IMG/VR virus record: IMGVR_UViG_2898545487_000004
Location: 879 to 64,878 of that record
Strand: one strand, 5' to 3'
Length of the DNA: 64,000 nt
Source: a virus
Lineage: Duplodnaviria > Caudoviricetes
The first letter of the stretch is position 1. The number at the start of each line of letters is the position of its first letter. Shown here piece by piece: positions 18,901 to 28,491 of the stretch. Below the pieces are notes generated by a model. That model saw only the letters and a list, made by a program, of their open reading frames with translations, was not told where the DNA came from and ran no database searches. A program made the translations under genes and the position numbers.

Positions 18901-20234
18901 TCGAATATGACCTGATCAATGCTCGCGAGCGCGCAACCGCTGCAGTCGATGCGTCGACAGGTGAGCGTAGCGCACTGCTTCAACTGCTCGATCAGGCCAA
19001 AGAGTCACGCGATACGGGAGAAATTGACCGCCTCGAAGCCGAACTCGCGAAAGTCGAGGATCGACTCGAGGCCAATATCGCCAAGGCAATAGATTTCTGG
19101 AAGACCATGGGCGATACGCCCGAGGCGCGCACGGCCATCAATGGCCTAAAGTCGCTGCAAAACAGTCTCGTGCTCGACGAACGTCGCCGCGGTGTCGCGA
19201 CCGTGTCGGAACCGATCGATCGCGTTCAGCAGCAGCGTTCGGCGCTCATGGAGCAAATCCAATTCTATCAGGATTTGGGCCAGGGTAACGTCGTCGAAGA
19301 ACTCAAGGAGCAGCTTCGAGCAGTAAACGCCGAACTTCTCGCCGGCATCAACAATGCGATCGAATGGTATCAGGTCCATCAAGGTCCCGATTCACAGGCT
19401 GCAATTCTCGGTCTCGAAAACCTGCGCAACCAGGTGATCGCGACCAGTCAGGAATTCCAGATCAGCGCGGGTCAGATTCAGCAACTGTTCGCTGGCGGTT
19501 TGACCAACGCCGTGACGATGTTCACTGAGAAACTGGTCGAGACGGGCAACCCTCTGTCAGCGCTGCGCGATGCGGCGTTGAATTTTGTCGCTGATTTCCT
19601 CGAAGGCATCGCGCAGATGCTGCTACAGATGGCGGCGTTGCAGGTCGCTTCACAGATCGGATTCGGTGGCCTCGCAGGGGGTCTCACCGGACTCCTGAAC
19701 GCGGGACCATTGATCGCAGCGAGCACTTCACTGACAGCAGCTGGGACTTTGGTTCAGACAGCGGGAACTACCATGTTTGCGAGTGCAGCGGCATGGTTGG
19801 GGACTGCTGCTGCGATTTCGACCGCTGCAACGTTGCTCATGGCCGCGAACACCGTCGGAAGCGCAGGCGTCTTCCATGGTGGCGGTATCGCAGGTGCAGC
19901 ATCCCGCACGCGACGGGTTTCGCCCGCCTGGTTCAGCGCAGCGATGCGTTATCACACAGGTGGCGTTGCTGGGCTGCGTCCCAACGAAGTGCCCGCGATC
20001 CTCGAGCGTGGTGAGGAAATCATCACGCGCAACGACCCGCGTCATCGCGGCAACGGCGGACTCGATGACGGCGGAACGCCGCTCGCCGAGCGCGTCAAGG
20101 TGACGGTCAACAATCTGCTCGACAGCGGTGACATCGTCGAGCGCGGCCTGTCCACGCGCGCCGGCGAGAAATCGGTACTCAACATCATCGCGCGCAACCC
20201 GTCGGTCGTCCAGCAGGCTGCGGGAGGCAACTAA
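15999..20234 (+). CDS. Tape measure protein with internal M23 peptidase domain (about 18231-18596)
   Basis: 1411 aa Ala-rich coiled coil; YQVNDVFTQLASG; HGGIDIAAP...VYGHLS...STGNHTHF; C-terminal RYHTGG...NEVPAILERGE. Confidence 0.93.
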   Translation: MATRDVQLVIKARDEAKRIFDSISGSVATLIGNQDRLKTSGATLSTEMSSIVSQLKTLDTAYTKIVGAADRAEAAQKRQRDALAASKAQYAATAVELRNLATAQERLQVSIVDQHLAGQDTAGTIAQLKAVNAAIVTQTAARGRLKASISAQEASLASEAASFQQLGSIAIATEQAIESLTAAQVQQARAADAVADSQEQAARRIAAARQIQSQIASSTGLGGGGKSAEDSAAVFAADFDRAADAAERLRQRVDPLYAIQSRLNTELAEANALYRKGALSADQLADAERRLKLEAEQAATALGRTGRGERGAAGLFGLKPYELTNLGYQVNDVFTQLASGTAPLQVIAQQGGQILQLLPNIGAHLVKAFTNPYVLAGIATLATVGTIMVKAANDAQRLDKVRGILAGVGETSNAAARELEGIAEKLEDIGLTAEQSISTLRNFVTQGLNTEYLVSFAQMAKQVAEVTGDDLPEAMEKVQDAFTQGYDAVAELDDELQFLTVTERDHIRALFDSGEAAEARAEAVRKLAEHLRDQKRASDEAKSGLDSLTDGLDKFLDRLADTRVVRGFIDLLDELADKAGRGLRIFTGDASVEDYTAEIDRLQGKLDELKKEPKTLLDGPIDFARYQYQVSILTSTLERLRKERDEAARRATQQQPTGDTVNEESAARQKRRKDRIDELKLEDDINKARADADKIRLAGEKAYREEVEKTGDVVVAQVARQVAEDKKREELRKKNERDAQKSIQLDLPVQGRISSGFGFRTHPVTGKKSFHGGIDIAAPKGTAVGAAADAIVGEVGFDPLLGKYVKLNHGKGLITVYGHLSDNSQVVKGDSVQRGQTIGRVGSTGRSTGNHTHFAVQENGAYVDPLRNGRRFKGGNVGDAQIDVQKEMAKLQKQQEDFNAEIDAENEKRRVNIAYLEKARTLSAEGVIDAERQKAIDEAIFDAETKAQKKGIELDKERRDAIAETVGLEYDLINARERATAAVDASTGERSALLQLLDQAKESRDTGEIDRLEAELAKVEDRLEANIAKAIDFWKTMGDTPEARTAINGLKSLQNSLVLDERRRGVATVSEPIDRVQQQRSALMEQIQFYQDLGQGNVVEELKEQLRAVNAELLAGINNAIEWYQVHQGPDSQAAILGLENLRNQVIATSQEFQISAGQIQQLFAGGLTNAVTMFTEKLVETGNPLSALRDAALNFVADFLEGIAQMLLQMAALQVASQIGFGGLAGGLTGLLNAGPLIAASTSLTAAGTLVQTAGTTMFASAAAWLGTAAAISTAATLLMAANTVGSAGVFHGGGIAGAASRTRRVSPAWFSAAMRYHTGGVAGLRPNEVPAILERGEEIITRNDPRHRGNGGLDDGGTPLAERVKVTVNNLLDSGDIVERGLSTRAGEKSVLNIIARNPSVVQQAAGGN

Positions 20235-20235
20235 T

Positions 20236-21513
20236 ATGCTGCTTGATTATCGCCCCAACTGGTCTCGCGACGTCGAAGTCTCCATCAGCTTCAAGACCGA
20301 GATCCTGTCGTCGCGCGATGGCACCGAACAGCGCCGCGCTCTGCGCGCGAACCCGCGCAAGCAGGTCAGCTTCACGGCGATGAAATATGGCGCCGACCGG
20401 CAGCAGCAGATCTTCGGGACGGCCGATGCGCAGCGACAGGAAATCTCCCTTGCCGATCCGACGCGCTCGGTGACATGCAGCGCTGTTGCCGATGACGACA
20501 TAACCCTCGACAGCATCCCCGACTGGCTGGTTGTCGGGGAATCCGTTGTTCTCGACCGCACTGTGGAAGTTACCGTGCTGTCTGTCGTCGGCAGCATCGT
20601 CACAGTGTCGGACTCGGTCGCTCTCCCCGAGCCGTTCGACGTGCGGCCCGCACTCCGAGGTATGCTGCAATCCGAAATTTCGCTTTCGTCGCGCACGTCG
20701 CGTCTGTGGGAAGTTCCGATTCAGTTCGACCTGACGCCGGGCAGCGAGTTGTCATACAACTATGATGCCGACCTGTTTCGTCATGCCGGGCGTCAGGTGT
20801 GGCACGCTGACCCGAACTGGGGATCGAACAACAGCTTCGGAATCAACCAGAAGCGCGAGACGATCGACTTCGGCCACGGTGCGACCTCCCATCTGTTTCC
20901 GGTCCCATATGCGGATCGGTTGCAGACGTGGGACTTCTCGCCGCTGCGCTCGGGGGCCGTTGGATATATCGAAGGCCTGTTCAACCATTGCCGCGGTCGC
21001 GCCGGCGAATTCATGCTGCCGACCTTCCATGAGGACGCGACACCACTGGCGGACCTCGTTGCGGGCGACGCGGATATTCTGGTCGAAGGAACGCACCTGC
21101 TCGGTATGGAGACGGACTGGGTGCATCGCTACCTGCTGATCGCGCTGAACGATGGGCGCATCTGGTATCGGACGGTCGTAGATTCGGTCGAGGACGCCGG
21201 TAACACGCTGCTCAGCGTGAACCGGAACTTCGTCGAAACCGTCGCGCCCGACCAGGTGAAGCATATTTCGCTGATGAGCGTCGCGCGCTTCGCGTCGGAC
21301 GAACTCGTTTCTCAGTGGACCACGGATGATGTGGCATCGGTGCGGGTCAATTTCCTGTCGCTGCCCGTAACCGTGTCGGAAGAGGATGGGATGACGCTCG
21401 ATCCATCGGCTGAGTTCATGCTGGAATTCTTCGGACGCGAAAATCCTGCTGGGCACAGCGATATCGTCGACATCCTTCTCAACATAAACTGGGCGGACAC
21501 GTTCGATGAGTGA
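20236..21513 (+). CDS. Distal tail / tail-tip structural protein
   Basis: SFKTEILSSRDGTEQRRALR; directly after tape measure. Confidence 0.7.
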   Translation: MLLDYRPNWSRDVEVSISFKTEILSSRDGTEQRRALRANPRKQVSFTAMKYGADRQQQIFGTADAQRQEISLADPTRSVTCSAVADDDITLDSIPDWLVVGESVVLDRTVEVTVLSVVGSIVTVSDSVALPEPFDVRPALRGMLQSEISLSSRTSRLWEVPIQFDLTPGSELSYNYDADLFRHAGRQVWHADPNWGSNNSFGINQKRETIDFGHGATSHLFPVPYADRLQTWDFSPLRSGAVGYIEGLFNHCRGRAGEFMLPTFHEDATPLADLVAGDADILVEGTHLLGMETDWVHRYLLIALNDGRIWYRTVVDSVEDAGNTLLSVNRNFVETVAPDQVKHISLMSVARFASDELVSQWTTDDVASVRVNFLSLPVTVSEEDGMTLDPSAEFMLEFFGRENPAGHSDIVDILLNINWADTFDE

Positions 21514-21516
21514 AAA

Positions 21517-21531
21517 TCACTTTTCGCGTGA
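21517..21531. promoter_or_regulatory. Operator upstream of tail fibre-like gene
   Basis: aaTCACTTTTCGCGTGActc. Confidence 0.8.
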
Positions 21532-21581
21532 CTCTGGATTGAGTTTCAACCATAGCGGGGCCGATAACGGAGATTCGCGTT

Positions 21582-23945
21582 ATGGCGACGACTGAAGCCG
21601 AACTGCTTGCCGCGACGGACAAATTTGCAACGAACCTTGATCGCATCGATCAGATCGTCAACGGTGATGAAACTACTGATGTTGCCGTGGATGGCGGGCG
21701 AGAGATTCCTTCGTTTGCGAAGTTGGCGGCTGAGAATGAACTGTCGAATTCCGAGGCGCTAGGGGCGCGCGACGAGGCTGTTGCAGCCGCGAACGGGCTG
21801 GCATCTACGCTCGACTATTTCCCCGAGATCGAGAGCGCCAACCTGGCTGATCCCGCGCGCACCGATCCGGCGTTGGCGGCGACCGCCAACCAGCTCTGGC
21901 GCTTCTACCAGAATGCCGCTGGTAACATGACGACGCAGGACGAAACGGCGCGGGGGACGTTCGCGGTCCTGAAACGGCTTCCGGTGACGGCTGGCGCGCA
22001 GCGCACCCACTCGATGAAGCAGGGTCCGGCGAACTTCATTCACTATCCGGTGTCGGGGCAGTTGATGTTCCTGAAAGCCGACGGGACGACTCGCGTGCTT
22101 GCCGCAGCCGATTCCGGGCTCAACACGCATACGGTTACCTTCACCCCGCCCGCCGATGCGGTGTGGTGGCTGCCGAACGTTCGCAACATCACCAACTATG
22201 CGAACGGCACCGGCAAAGGCATCACGGCGGCGGCGCTGGCCCAGGTCGAAGCCACGGCGATGTTCAATGCGGGCGCGACCGCGCTCGACTATGAACCCTA
22301 TGCTCCTGCCGGTGCCCGCGCACCCGATACGGCGCAGTTTCAGGCGACGGTCGACGCGCCGATCACGCTCGAAATCCGCAGCGATTACACCTATGTGGGC
22401 CGCGCCGCTGGGGCGAGCGCGACCTATGATGTCGTCGACCGGCTGCTGACCAACGAACAGCCGGCGCCGACGCTGCCCGCTACGCCCGCGAAAACCGGCG
22501 TCATCGACTTTCAGGGACGGCGGCGCATCGCGAAGGGGCGGCGGCAAAAATATATGGTGCCGGACTTCGCCAGCGGCGAGGTGATGCAGATCGGCACCGA
22601 CGAGCGCACGCCGATCAGGATCAACGGCGTCTTCCTCGGAGCCAGTCACAAGCCGAGCGGATATCGGCTCAATTTCGCGGGCACGTCGCCGTTCGTGCAC
22701 GACAAGACCAACGAGGATATCGGCTCGACCTATACCGACACGGCGGGCAAGAGCTGGATGATCGTCGCGCGCGAGAGCGCATCGGCGCTGGTCGTCATCG
22801 CGACCAACACCGGCCCCGACGACGACAAGTGGATCATCGGCGGCACGCTGACGGGCGCGACGCTGACGCACGCCGCCGACGGCACGAACACCGGGGCGAT
22901 GACGGGCTTTGTCGCGACGGCTGGACACGAACCCTGTCCGCCGATCATCCGCAACCTGACCAAGGAGATTTATGCCGACGGGGTGAAGATCGAGATCGAC
23001 GCGGTGGGCGTTTATCCCTGCTCGTCGCTGCGCATGATCGAAAGCTACGAGATCATGAACGTGGCGGGCCAACTCGCCTATTTGAAGGCGAATGCGGGCA
23101 CGGCGACCGATCCCGACTATACGAACGCGGCGATCGGCACGCAGGTCATCATCACCGACGTTCACGAGTGGGATCGCTATGGCGCGCGCGTCTCGACGCG
23201 GACGGTCAGAGAATTGGAAAACTATCGCCGAACGGCTTTCGGCAATCCGGGCGACTATTTGGCGGCGACGCAGGCGCAACCTGCGGCGCTGACTGGCGAC
23301 TCTCCACCCGGATTCGCAACGAAGAAGATTGTCTACGTCCCCCGTCTTTCCGTCACGGTAGGCGGTTATGATCTTTCGGCGCGCGCGGACCTCACGGCGA
23401 ACGTCGCGGCCTTTGCCGTTCCGAAATCGGCCGCATCGGACCCCGCAAACCCGCCAGACTATGCCGCGTCGATCGGCGCGGACGGCGGCGGCGACCTTCA
23501 CGGCTATATCATGGGCCTGCGTCCCAACGCCGGACTGGGCAAGCCCGAAACACGCGCCGCCGCCACCAATACCCTTTTCTATATTTCAGGGGCGGAAAAG
23601 CTCTACGGCGTGGCCAAGGACGCGGCTGCGGGCGACGGGGTCGCAGGAGATATCGACCAGATCGTCGGGTTCATCGCGCCGTGGGCCGAGGCGGACGACG
23701 ACCTGACCGTGCCGGGCGCGCTCGTGCCCAACGGCAAGGGAGGCTATTATTGCTACGTCGCCACGACCGCGACGCTGAGCGGCAAGGCGATCCCGCTGCC
23801 GCCCGAACTCGCCGGCCTGTCGGTGTCTGAACATCAGAGCCATCCCAACATCACGCTGCTGACCGACGCGGTGGGCAAGGAAGGCCTGATCCTCTCGGTA
23901 GCTGCCGGCGGCGGCGACGCCATCTTCGAGATCGGCGCATCATGA
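21582..23945 (+). CDS. Putative tail fibre / receptor-binding protein
   Basis: N-terminus LDRIDQIVNGDETTDVAVDGGREIPS is typical of virion-anchoring segments; beta-rich body; in tail operon. Confidence 0.55.
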   Translation: MATTEAELLAATDKFATNLDRIDQIVNGDETTDVAVDGGREIPSFAKLAAENELSNSEALGARDEAVAAANGLASTLDYFPEIESANLADPARTDPALAATANQLWRFYQNAAGNMTTQDETARGTFAVLKRLPVTAGAQRTHSMKQGPANFIHYPVSGQLMFLKADGTTRVLAAADSGLNTHTVTFTPPADAVWWLPNVRNITNYANGTGKGITAAALAQVEATAMFNAGATALDYEPYAPAGARAPDTAQFQATVDAPITLEIRSDYTYVGRAAGASATYDVVDRLLTNEQPAPTLPATPAKTGVIDFQGRRRIAKGRRQKYMVPDFASGEVMQIGTDERTPIRINGVFLGASHKPSGYRLNFAGTSPFVHDKTNEDIGSTYTDTAGKSWMIVARESASALVVIATNTGPDDDKWIIGGTLTGATLTHAADGTNTGAMTGFVATAGHEPCPPIIRNLTKEIYADGVKIEIDAVGVYPCSSLRMIESYEIMNVAGQLAYLKANAGTATDPDYTNAAIGTQVIITDVHEWDRYGARVSTRTVRELENYRRTAFGNPGDYLAATQAQPAALTGDSPPGFATKKIVYVPRLSVTVGGYDLSARADLTANVAAFAVPKSAASDPANPPDYAASIGADGGGDLHGYIMGLRPNAGLGKPETRAAATNTLFYISGAEKLYGVAKDAAAGDGVAGDIDQIVGFIAPWAEADDDLTVPGALVPNGKGGYYCYVATTATLSGKAIPLPPELAGLSVSEHQSHPNITLLTDAVGKEGLILSVAAGGGDAIFEIGAS

Positions 23946-23985
23946 CCTCCCAATCCGAACTCCACACTCAGGAAGGAGTCGGCGG

Positions 23986-24840
23986 ATGACCTTTGCCACC
24001 CAAGAGGCCAGCCGCACGCTCGGCACGCCCATTGAACTCTACCTGTTTCGTTACGCCACCGACTCTCAGTCCTATTTCGCCTACACCGATCACGACGAAC
24101 CACTGGTTTTCGACGATCCGCAGATCGGCGAAGAAATCACATATCTCCCTGTGCCGGTCGAGCGCGACTCAATCGAAGTCAGCGGTAAACTCGAGCGCTC
24201 CGAGTTGAAGGTCACGCTTCCCATCGCGCTGCCGATCTACAATCTGTTCAAGGACTATCCACCCGGAGAGATCGTGCAGTTGACGATCCGCCAGGGTCAT
24301 GCGGACAACCCGGAGTTTCCCGTCGCATGGACGGGCCGCGTCGTCGGGTTCAACGGCAAGGACGAAAATCTCGTCACCTTCCGATGCGAGCCTATCGCGA
24401 CGATGCTGCGGCGCGTCGGGCTGCGACGCCACTTCCAACTTGGTTGCCCACATGTCCTCTACGGCGATCAGTGTGGAGCCAGCAAACCCGCAGCAACACT
24501 AAACAAGATCGTCGTCGGCGTGCTGCGGAACAAGATAAATCTCGGGATCGACTGGTGGGGAGCCAAAACGCTCGAAAAATTCGTGCAGGGCATGATCGAA
24601 TGGACGCTCCCCGATGGTCGCACCGACAAACGCTCGATCCTTTCCGTCGAGGAAAACGGTGACGTATTCCTGACCTATGCGCCAACAGGTCTCCATGCAG
24701 GAGATGCGGTCAACATCTCGCTCGGCTGCAACCATCAGATGAACGATTGCCGCACGGTTCACGAAAACATCCTGAATTTTGGCGGATGTCCTTGGGTGCC
24801 GAACCAGTCACCCTTCGGCATCCGCAACAACTATTATTGA
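23986..24840 (+). CDS. DUF2163/BR0599-like tail hub protein (gpL-like, Cys cluster)
   Basis: GCPHVLYGDQC...GCNHQMNDC...NFGGCPWVP. Confidence 0.85.
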   Translation: MTFATQEASRTLGTPIELYLFRYATDSQSYFAYTDHDEPLVFDDPQIGEEITYLPVPVERDSIEVSGKLERSELKVTLPIALPIYNLFKDYPPGEIVQLTIRQGHADNPEFPVAWTGRVVGFNGKDENLVTFRCEPIATMLRRVGLRRHFQLGCPHVLYGDQCGASKPAATLNKIVVGVLRNKINLGIDWWGAKTLEKFVQGMIEWTLPDGRTDKRSILSVEENGDVFLTYAPTGLHAGDAVNISLGCNHQMNDCRTVHENILNFGGCPWVPNQSPFGIRNNYY

Positions 24841-24849
24841 GGCACGCAC

Positions 24850-25083
24850 ATGATCGCCGGTTGGATCATCGCAATTGTCATTTCGGTCGCATTGCAGGCC
24901 GTGTCGATGTTGCTGCGCCCCAAGGCGAAATCGGCTCGTGACGCGTCCGTCAAGGAACTGGAAGCGCCCACCGCCGATCGCGCGAAGCCTGTCGGCGTCG
25001 TTTTCGGCCGCGTCATCGTCAAGGACCCCAATGTTCTCTGGTTCGGCGACAAATCGTCGCGGACGTATCAGGTGAAGGCGTAA
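24850..25083 (+). CDS. Small tail assembly protein
   Basis: PTADRAKPVGVVFGRVIVKDPNVLWFGD. Confidence 0.75.
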   Translation: MIAGWIIAIVISVALQAVSMLLRPKAKSARDASVKELEAPTADRAKPVGVVFGRVIVKDPNVLWFGDKSSRTYQVKA

Positions 25084-25087
25084 CGCG

Positions 25088-25303
25088 ATGCTGCTGAGCG
25101 ACGTCACGATTACGATTTCCGACATCCGCAAGCTCTACTGCGCGGCCGGCGCGCGTCGCTGGTTCCAGCAGTACGGGCTGAATTTCACCGATTTCCTGCA
25201 GAACGGCATCAGCGCGCCGGATCTGCTCGCGACCAATGACGCACTCGCTCAGAATGTCGTCGCGGCCAAGATCGAACGCGAAGGACTGACCATCGATGGG
25301 TAA
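25088..25303 (+). CDS. Small tail assembly protein
   Basis: YCAAGARRWFQQYGLNFTDFLQNGI; Chi-like position. Confidence 0.7.
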   Translation: MLLSDVTITISDIRKLYCAAGARRWFQQYGLNFTDFLQNGISAPDLLATNDALAQNVVAAKIEREGLTIDG

Positions 25304-28046
25304 GCCTTCAGCCAAGCAGGAAATCACCGACTATCGCGCGTCGATGCACGTCGGACTATGTACCAGTGGTGCCAAGGTAACCCGCATCTTCTGCGGTGAA
25401 AAAGTCGCATGGACGGGCAATGTTTCGACATTGACGGCGATCGACATCAATCGAGCAAATCTTTTTGGTGGTCCGAAGAAGGAAGGCGGTCTCGTCGGGA
25501 CGGTCTATTTCCTCCCCGGTGCAGCGGACCAGCTGCTACCCGAGACGCTTGCGCGCCGCATGGGACTCGCGGCGAACGACTGTCCCGCTTATCGCGGTCT
25601 CACGACGATGTTCTTCATCGGCAACGGGGCGTCGGGCGGTCAGTCCTATCTGAGCAATGTCAGCAGCGGCGGCTTCCTCTGGTCGTCCAACAGCCCCTTC
25701 ATTCAGGATATCTGGGTCGAGCTTGATCGCACGCCCGAGGGACTTGACCCAGATATCGCGCGCATTGGCAACGACGCGAATCCCGCGCACATCATCTATG
25801 AGGCGATGACCAACAGCGATTGGGGCATGGGCGGCTCGTCGTTGTTCTTCAATACCGCGAACTGGAATGCTGTCGCACAGACGCTCTACGACGAAACCTT
25901 CGGCCTGTCGCTGCGCTGGACGCAACAGGCCGAGATTGAGAACTTCATCAACGAAGTACTCGGCCATATCGCGGGCAGCGTTTATGTCGACCCGCGCGAT
26001 GGCCTGTTCAATATCATGCTCTATCGCGACGATTATGACTACGAAACCCTCCCCGTAGTCGATGTTTCGAACGCGCGGCTCGTCAATTTCGAGCGCAAGA
26101 TGTGGGGTGAAGTCACCAACGAGATTTCCGCGACTTGGACCAATCCCGAGAACGGGAAAGAAGAGTCCGTCACGGCACAGGATCTCGCGAGCATTGCGAT
26201 CCATGGTGCGCCAATTAGCGACAGCCGAGACTATTTCGGCGTTCGCAACCCGGATCTCGCTATGCGCCTCGCGTTGCGCGACCTTCGCATCGCCGCGACG
26301 CCGCTTGCGATCGGCGAGATCGAATGCGACCGCAGCTTCTTCGACAAGGTGCCGGGCGGCGTATTGCGCTTGCTCTGGAACGACCCATCGATCGACCTAG
26401 AACTCGACATGGCGATCCGCATCATCCAGATCGACCGCGGTCGCAAGACGAACGCGAAAATCAAGATCAGCTTCGTCGAGGATGTGTTCGGTCTCAGCAA
26501 ATTCTCGTCCACGGGATCGCAAGGCTCGGAGGCGACTCCTCCCGAAGAACCGCTGCCGCTGAGCAACGAGAAAATCATTTCCCTCCCCGCGTTCTTCGCG
26601 CTCGGATCGATTGACCGCACGACCATTAACGAACTCGCCTATCCTGAGACGTTCGCCGGCGTGCTCGGAGCCAGCGACCAGGCGGATGCGCAGTCGTTCG
26701 ACATTTTCGAGGAACGTCCGAACGCCGCAGGTGTACTCAACTGGACGAACATCGGCACCAAGTCTCTGGTCGGCGTCACCGAAACCGATGGTGCACTTGC
26801 CGCGGAAGCCGAGACACCCATGTCGGGCTCGCCGTTCGTCGGAGTCAGTCGCGGCCCGCAGATCGGCGGCTTCGTCATCTTCGGAGACACGACAGACGAT
26901 GAAATGGAAATCGCGCTCGTCAAGGATTATGACTCCGTCAACGACGAATGGATTTTGGCGCGCGGCGTGCTCGACACTATCCCTCGCGAATGGCCGACCG
27001 CGACCGTCGTTCGCTTCATGCCTGCCGGATTTAACGTCACGGACGACACGTTGCGTTCGGGCGGCGAGGATGTCGACCTGCGGATGCTGACGCGCACGTC
27101 GCTCGGCACTCTGGACATCGACGACGCGACCACCGTGACGGCGACGCTCGTCCCGCGCGTCCATGGTCCGCTGCGGCCGGCAAACGTCAAGATCAACGAC
27201 CAGGGTTTCGGAATTATCGACGCGACAGCCGCGACCGACCTGGTTGTAACATGGTCGAACCGCAGCCGCTTCTATGAAGACGGCATCGCTCTCGCATGGG
27301 ACGCCGCATCGGTGCCGCCAGAATATCTGCAGGAAATCCTCATCACCGTGTTCCGCGAAAACGGCGACGAGATGTTCGTCGTACGCGGACTATGGGAGGA
27401 AACGACCTACACGATCCCGATGGCCTGGGTGGAGGAAGAGACGCGCGTCTTCGTTCGTCTCCACTGCATTCTGAAGGGGGTTTCGTCGCTGCAGGCGTTC
27501 GGTCTGTTCGTAGATCTTCCCGTGGTAGGATCGCCGGGTCCGCCTCCTGCTGCACCTGTCGTTATCGGTCCACCTCCCGATCCTCCCGAAGAGCCTGAGG
27601 AACCGACCCCCGGAGATCCCGGTGGTGGCACGATCGAACCTCCGACGATCGAACCGGGACAAGGTGGTGGATTCTGCGTCACCGACGATACGCCGATCCT
27701 GCTTGCCAACGACCTGCTGGATGGACCGGGTGTCGAGATTTCGGCATCTGACGTCACGTCCGACCATTGGGTTTGGACACGAGACGAAATCAGCGGCGAA
27801 TGGGGCGCGTTCAAGATCCTCAATGTCGCGTTCGCCTTCGAGCCGGTGTTCCACTGCATGCGTGATGGCTGGCGCGAACCGATCCGTGCGACGGCGCGTC
27901 ACCGCTTTGAAGACGGTTCTGCGAAATGGATTCGAGCCGAGCAGTTTGGCGAGCCCGCAGGCATTGCACGCGTCGCCAAGATATCAACCGCCGCCCGCAC
28001 CTATATATCGGCCGGCGTGCTCAGCCATAATATCAAGATTACATAG
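25296..28046 (+). CDS. Tail tip / central fibre host-specificity protein (Phage-tail_3 type) with Pro-rich linker and C-terminal Hint domain
   Basis: CPAYRGL, DANPAHIIYE, WTNPENGKEESVT, LARGVLDT; Pro-rich 27530-27660; Hint motifs at end. Confidence 0.88.
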   Translation: MGKPSAKQEITDYRASMHVGLCTSGAKVTRIFCGEKVAWTGNVSTLTAIDINRANLFGGPKKEGGLVGTVYFLPGAADQLLPETLARRMGLAANDCPAYRGLTTMFFIGNGASGGQSYLSNVSSGGFLWSSNSPFIQDIWVELDRTPEGLDPDIARIGNDANPAHIIYEAMTNSDWGMGGSSLFFNTANWNAVAQTLYDETFGLSLRWTQQAEIENFINEVLGHIAGSVYVDPRDGLFNIMLYRDDYDYETLPVVDVSNARLVNFERKMWGEVTNEISATWTNPENGKEESVTAQDLASIAIHGAPISDSRDYFGVRNPDLAMRLALRDLRIAATPLAIGEIECDRSFFDKVPGGVLRLLWNDPSIDLELDMAIRIIQIDRGRKTNAKIKISFVEDVFGLSKFSSTGSQGSEATPPEEPLPLSNEKIISLPAFFALGSIDRTTINELAYPETFAGVLGASDQADAQSFDIFEERPNAAGVLNWTNIGTKSLVGVTETDGALAAEAETPMSGSPFVGVSRGPQIGGFVIFGDTTDDEMEIALVKDYDSVNDEWILARGVLDTIPREWPTATVVRFMPAGFNVTDDTLRSGGEDVDLRMLTRTSLGTLDIDDATTVTATLVPRVHGPLRPANVKINDQGFGIIDATAATDLVVTWSNRSRFYEDGIALAWDAASVPPEYLQEILITVFRENGDEMFVVRGLWEETTYTIPMAWVEEETRVFVRLHCILKGVSSLQAFGLFVDLPVVGSPGPPPAAPVVIGPPPDPPEEPEEPTPGDPGGGTIEPPTIEPGQGGGFCVTDDTPILLANDLLDGPGVEISASDVTSDHWVWTRDEISGEWGAFKILNVAFAFEPVFHCMRDGWREPIRATARHRFEDGSAKWIRAEQFGEPAGIARVAKISTAARTYISAGVLSHNIKIT
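27675..28031 (+). other. Hint (Hedgehog/intein) autoprocessing domain
   Basis: C1 of CVTDDTPILLA, block B TARH (27891-27902), terminal AGVLSHN then IKIT*. Confidence 0.8.
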
Positions 28047-28048
28047 CA

Positions 28049-28237
28049 ATGCGCGGCACGGCACGCCTCATGCTCTGCCTACTGCTCACCATCGAACTCT
28101 GCCGCATCCGGTTCGACGCCGTGACCTATATCCAATTAGCCTTCATCGGGGGCACCGTGACGGGATTGCTATTCTCGTCGTTCGTGGTAAAAATCACGCG
28201 AAACGTGATTCGCACGCCAGAGCGAGACGGCCCATGA
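28049..28237 (+). CDS. Small two-TM membrane protein (lysis region)
   Basis: Two hydrophobic segments; stop overlaps next start. Confidence 0.5.
   Translation: MRGTARLMLCLLLTIELCRIRFDAVTYIQLAFIGGTVTGLLFSSFVVKITRNVIRTPERDGP
28194..28208. promoter_or_regulatory. Operator upstream of holin/endolysin
   Basis: aaTCACGCGAAACGTGAttc. Confidence 0.78.
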
Positions 28238-28491
28238 CCCTCCCCCACTGCATCAAAACCGCTTGGAAACGCTGGTCGGTGCGGCTCAACGCGATCGGGC
28301 TCGCGATCCTCGCCTGGGTCAGCATCGACCCGAGCGTCGCGATCGTCGTGCTGAACATGATGCCCGATGTGGTCCGGGAATTCTTCCCGGCGCAGTGGAT
28401 CATGGTCGTCTCGTGGATCATCTATGCGCTCTACTTCGTCAAGATGATCGTGAAGCCTGCGACGCCGGCACCGAAGGATGATACGGCGTGA
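28234..28491 (+). CDS. Holin-like membrane protein
   Basis: AWKRWSVRLNAIG plus TM helices; precedes endolysin. Confidence 0.7.
   Translation: MTLPHCIKTAWKRWSVRLNAIGLAILAWVSIDPSVAIVVLNMMPDVVREFFPAQWIMVVSWIIYALYFVKMIVKPATPAPKDDTA

Noticed and set aside
21582-28046. Diversity-generating retroelement acting on tail genes
   Set aside because: No reverse transcriptase and no template/variable repeat pair differing at adenines
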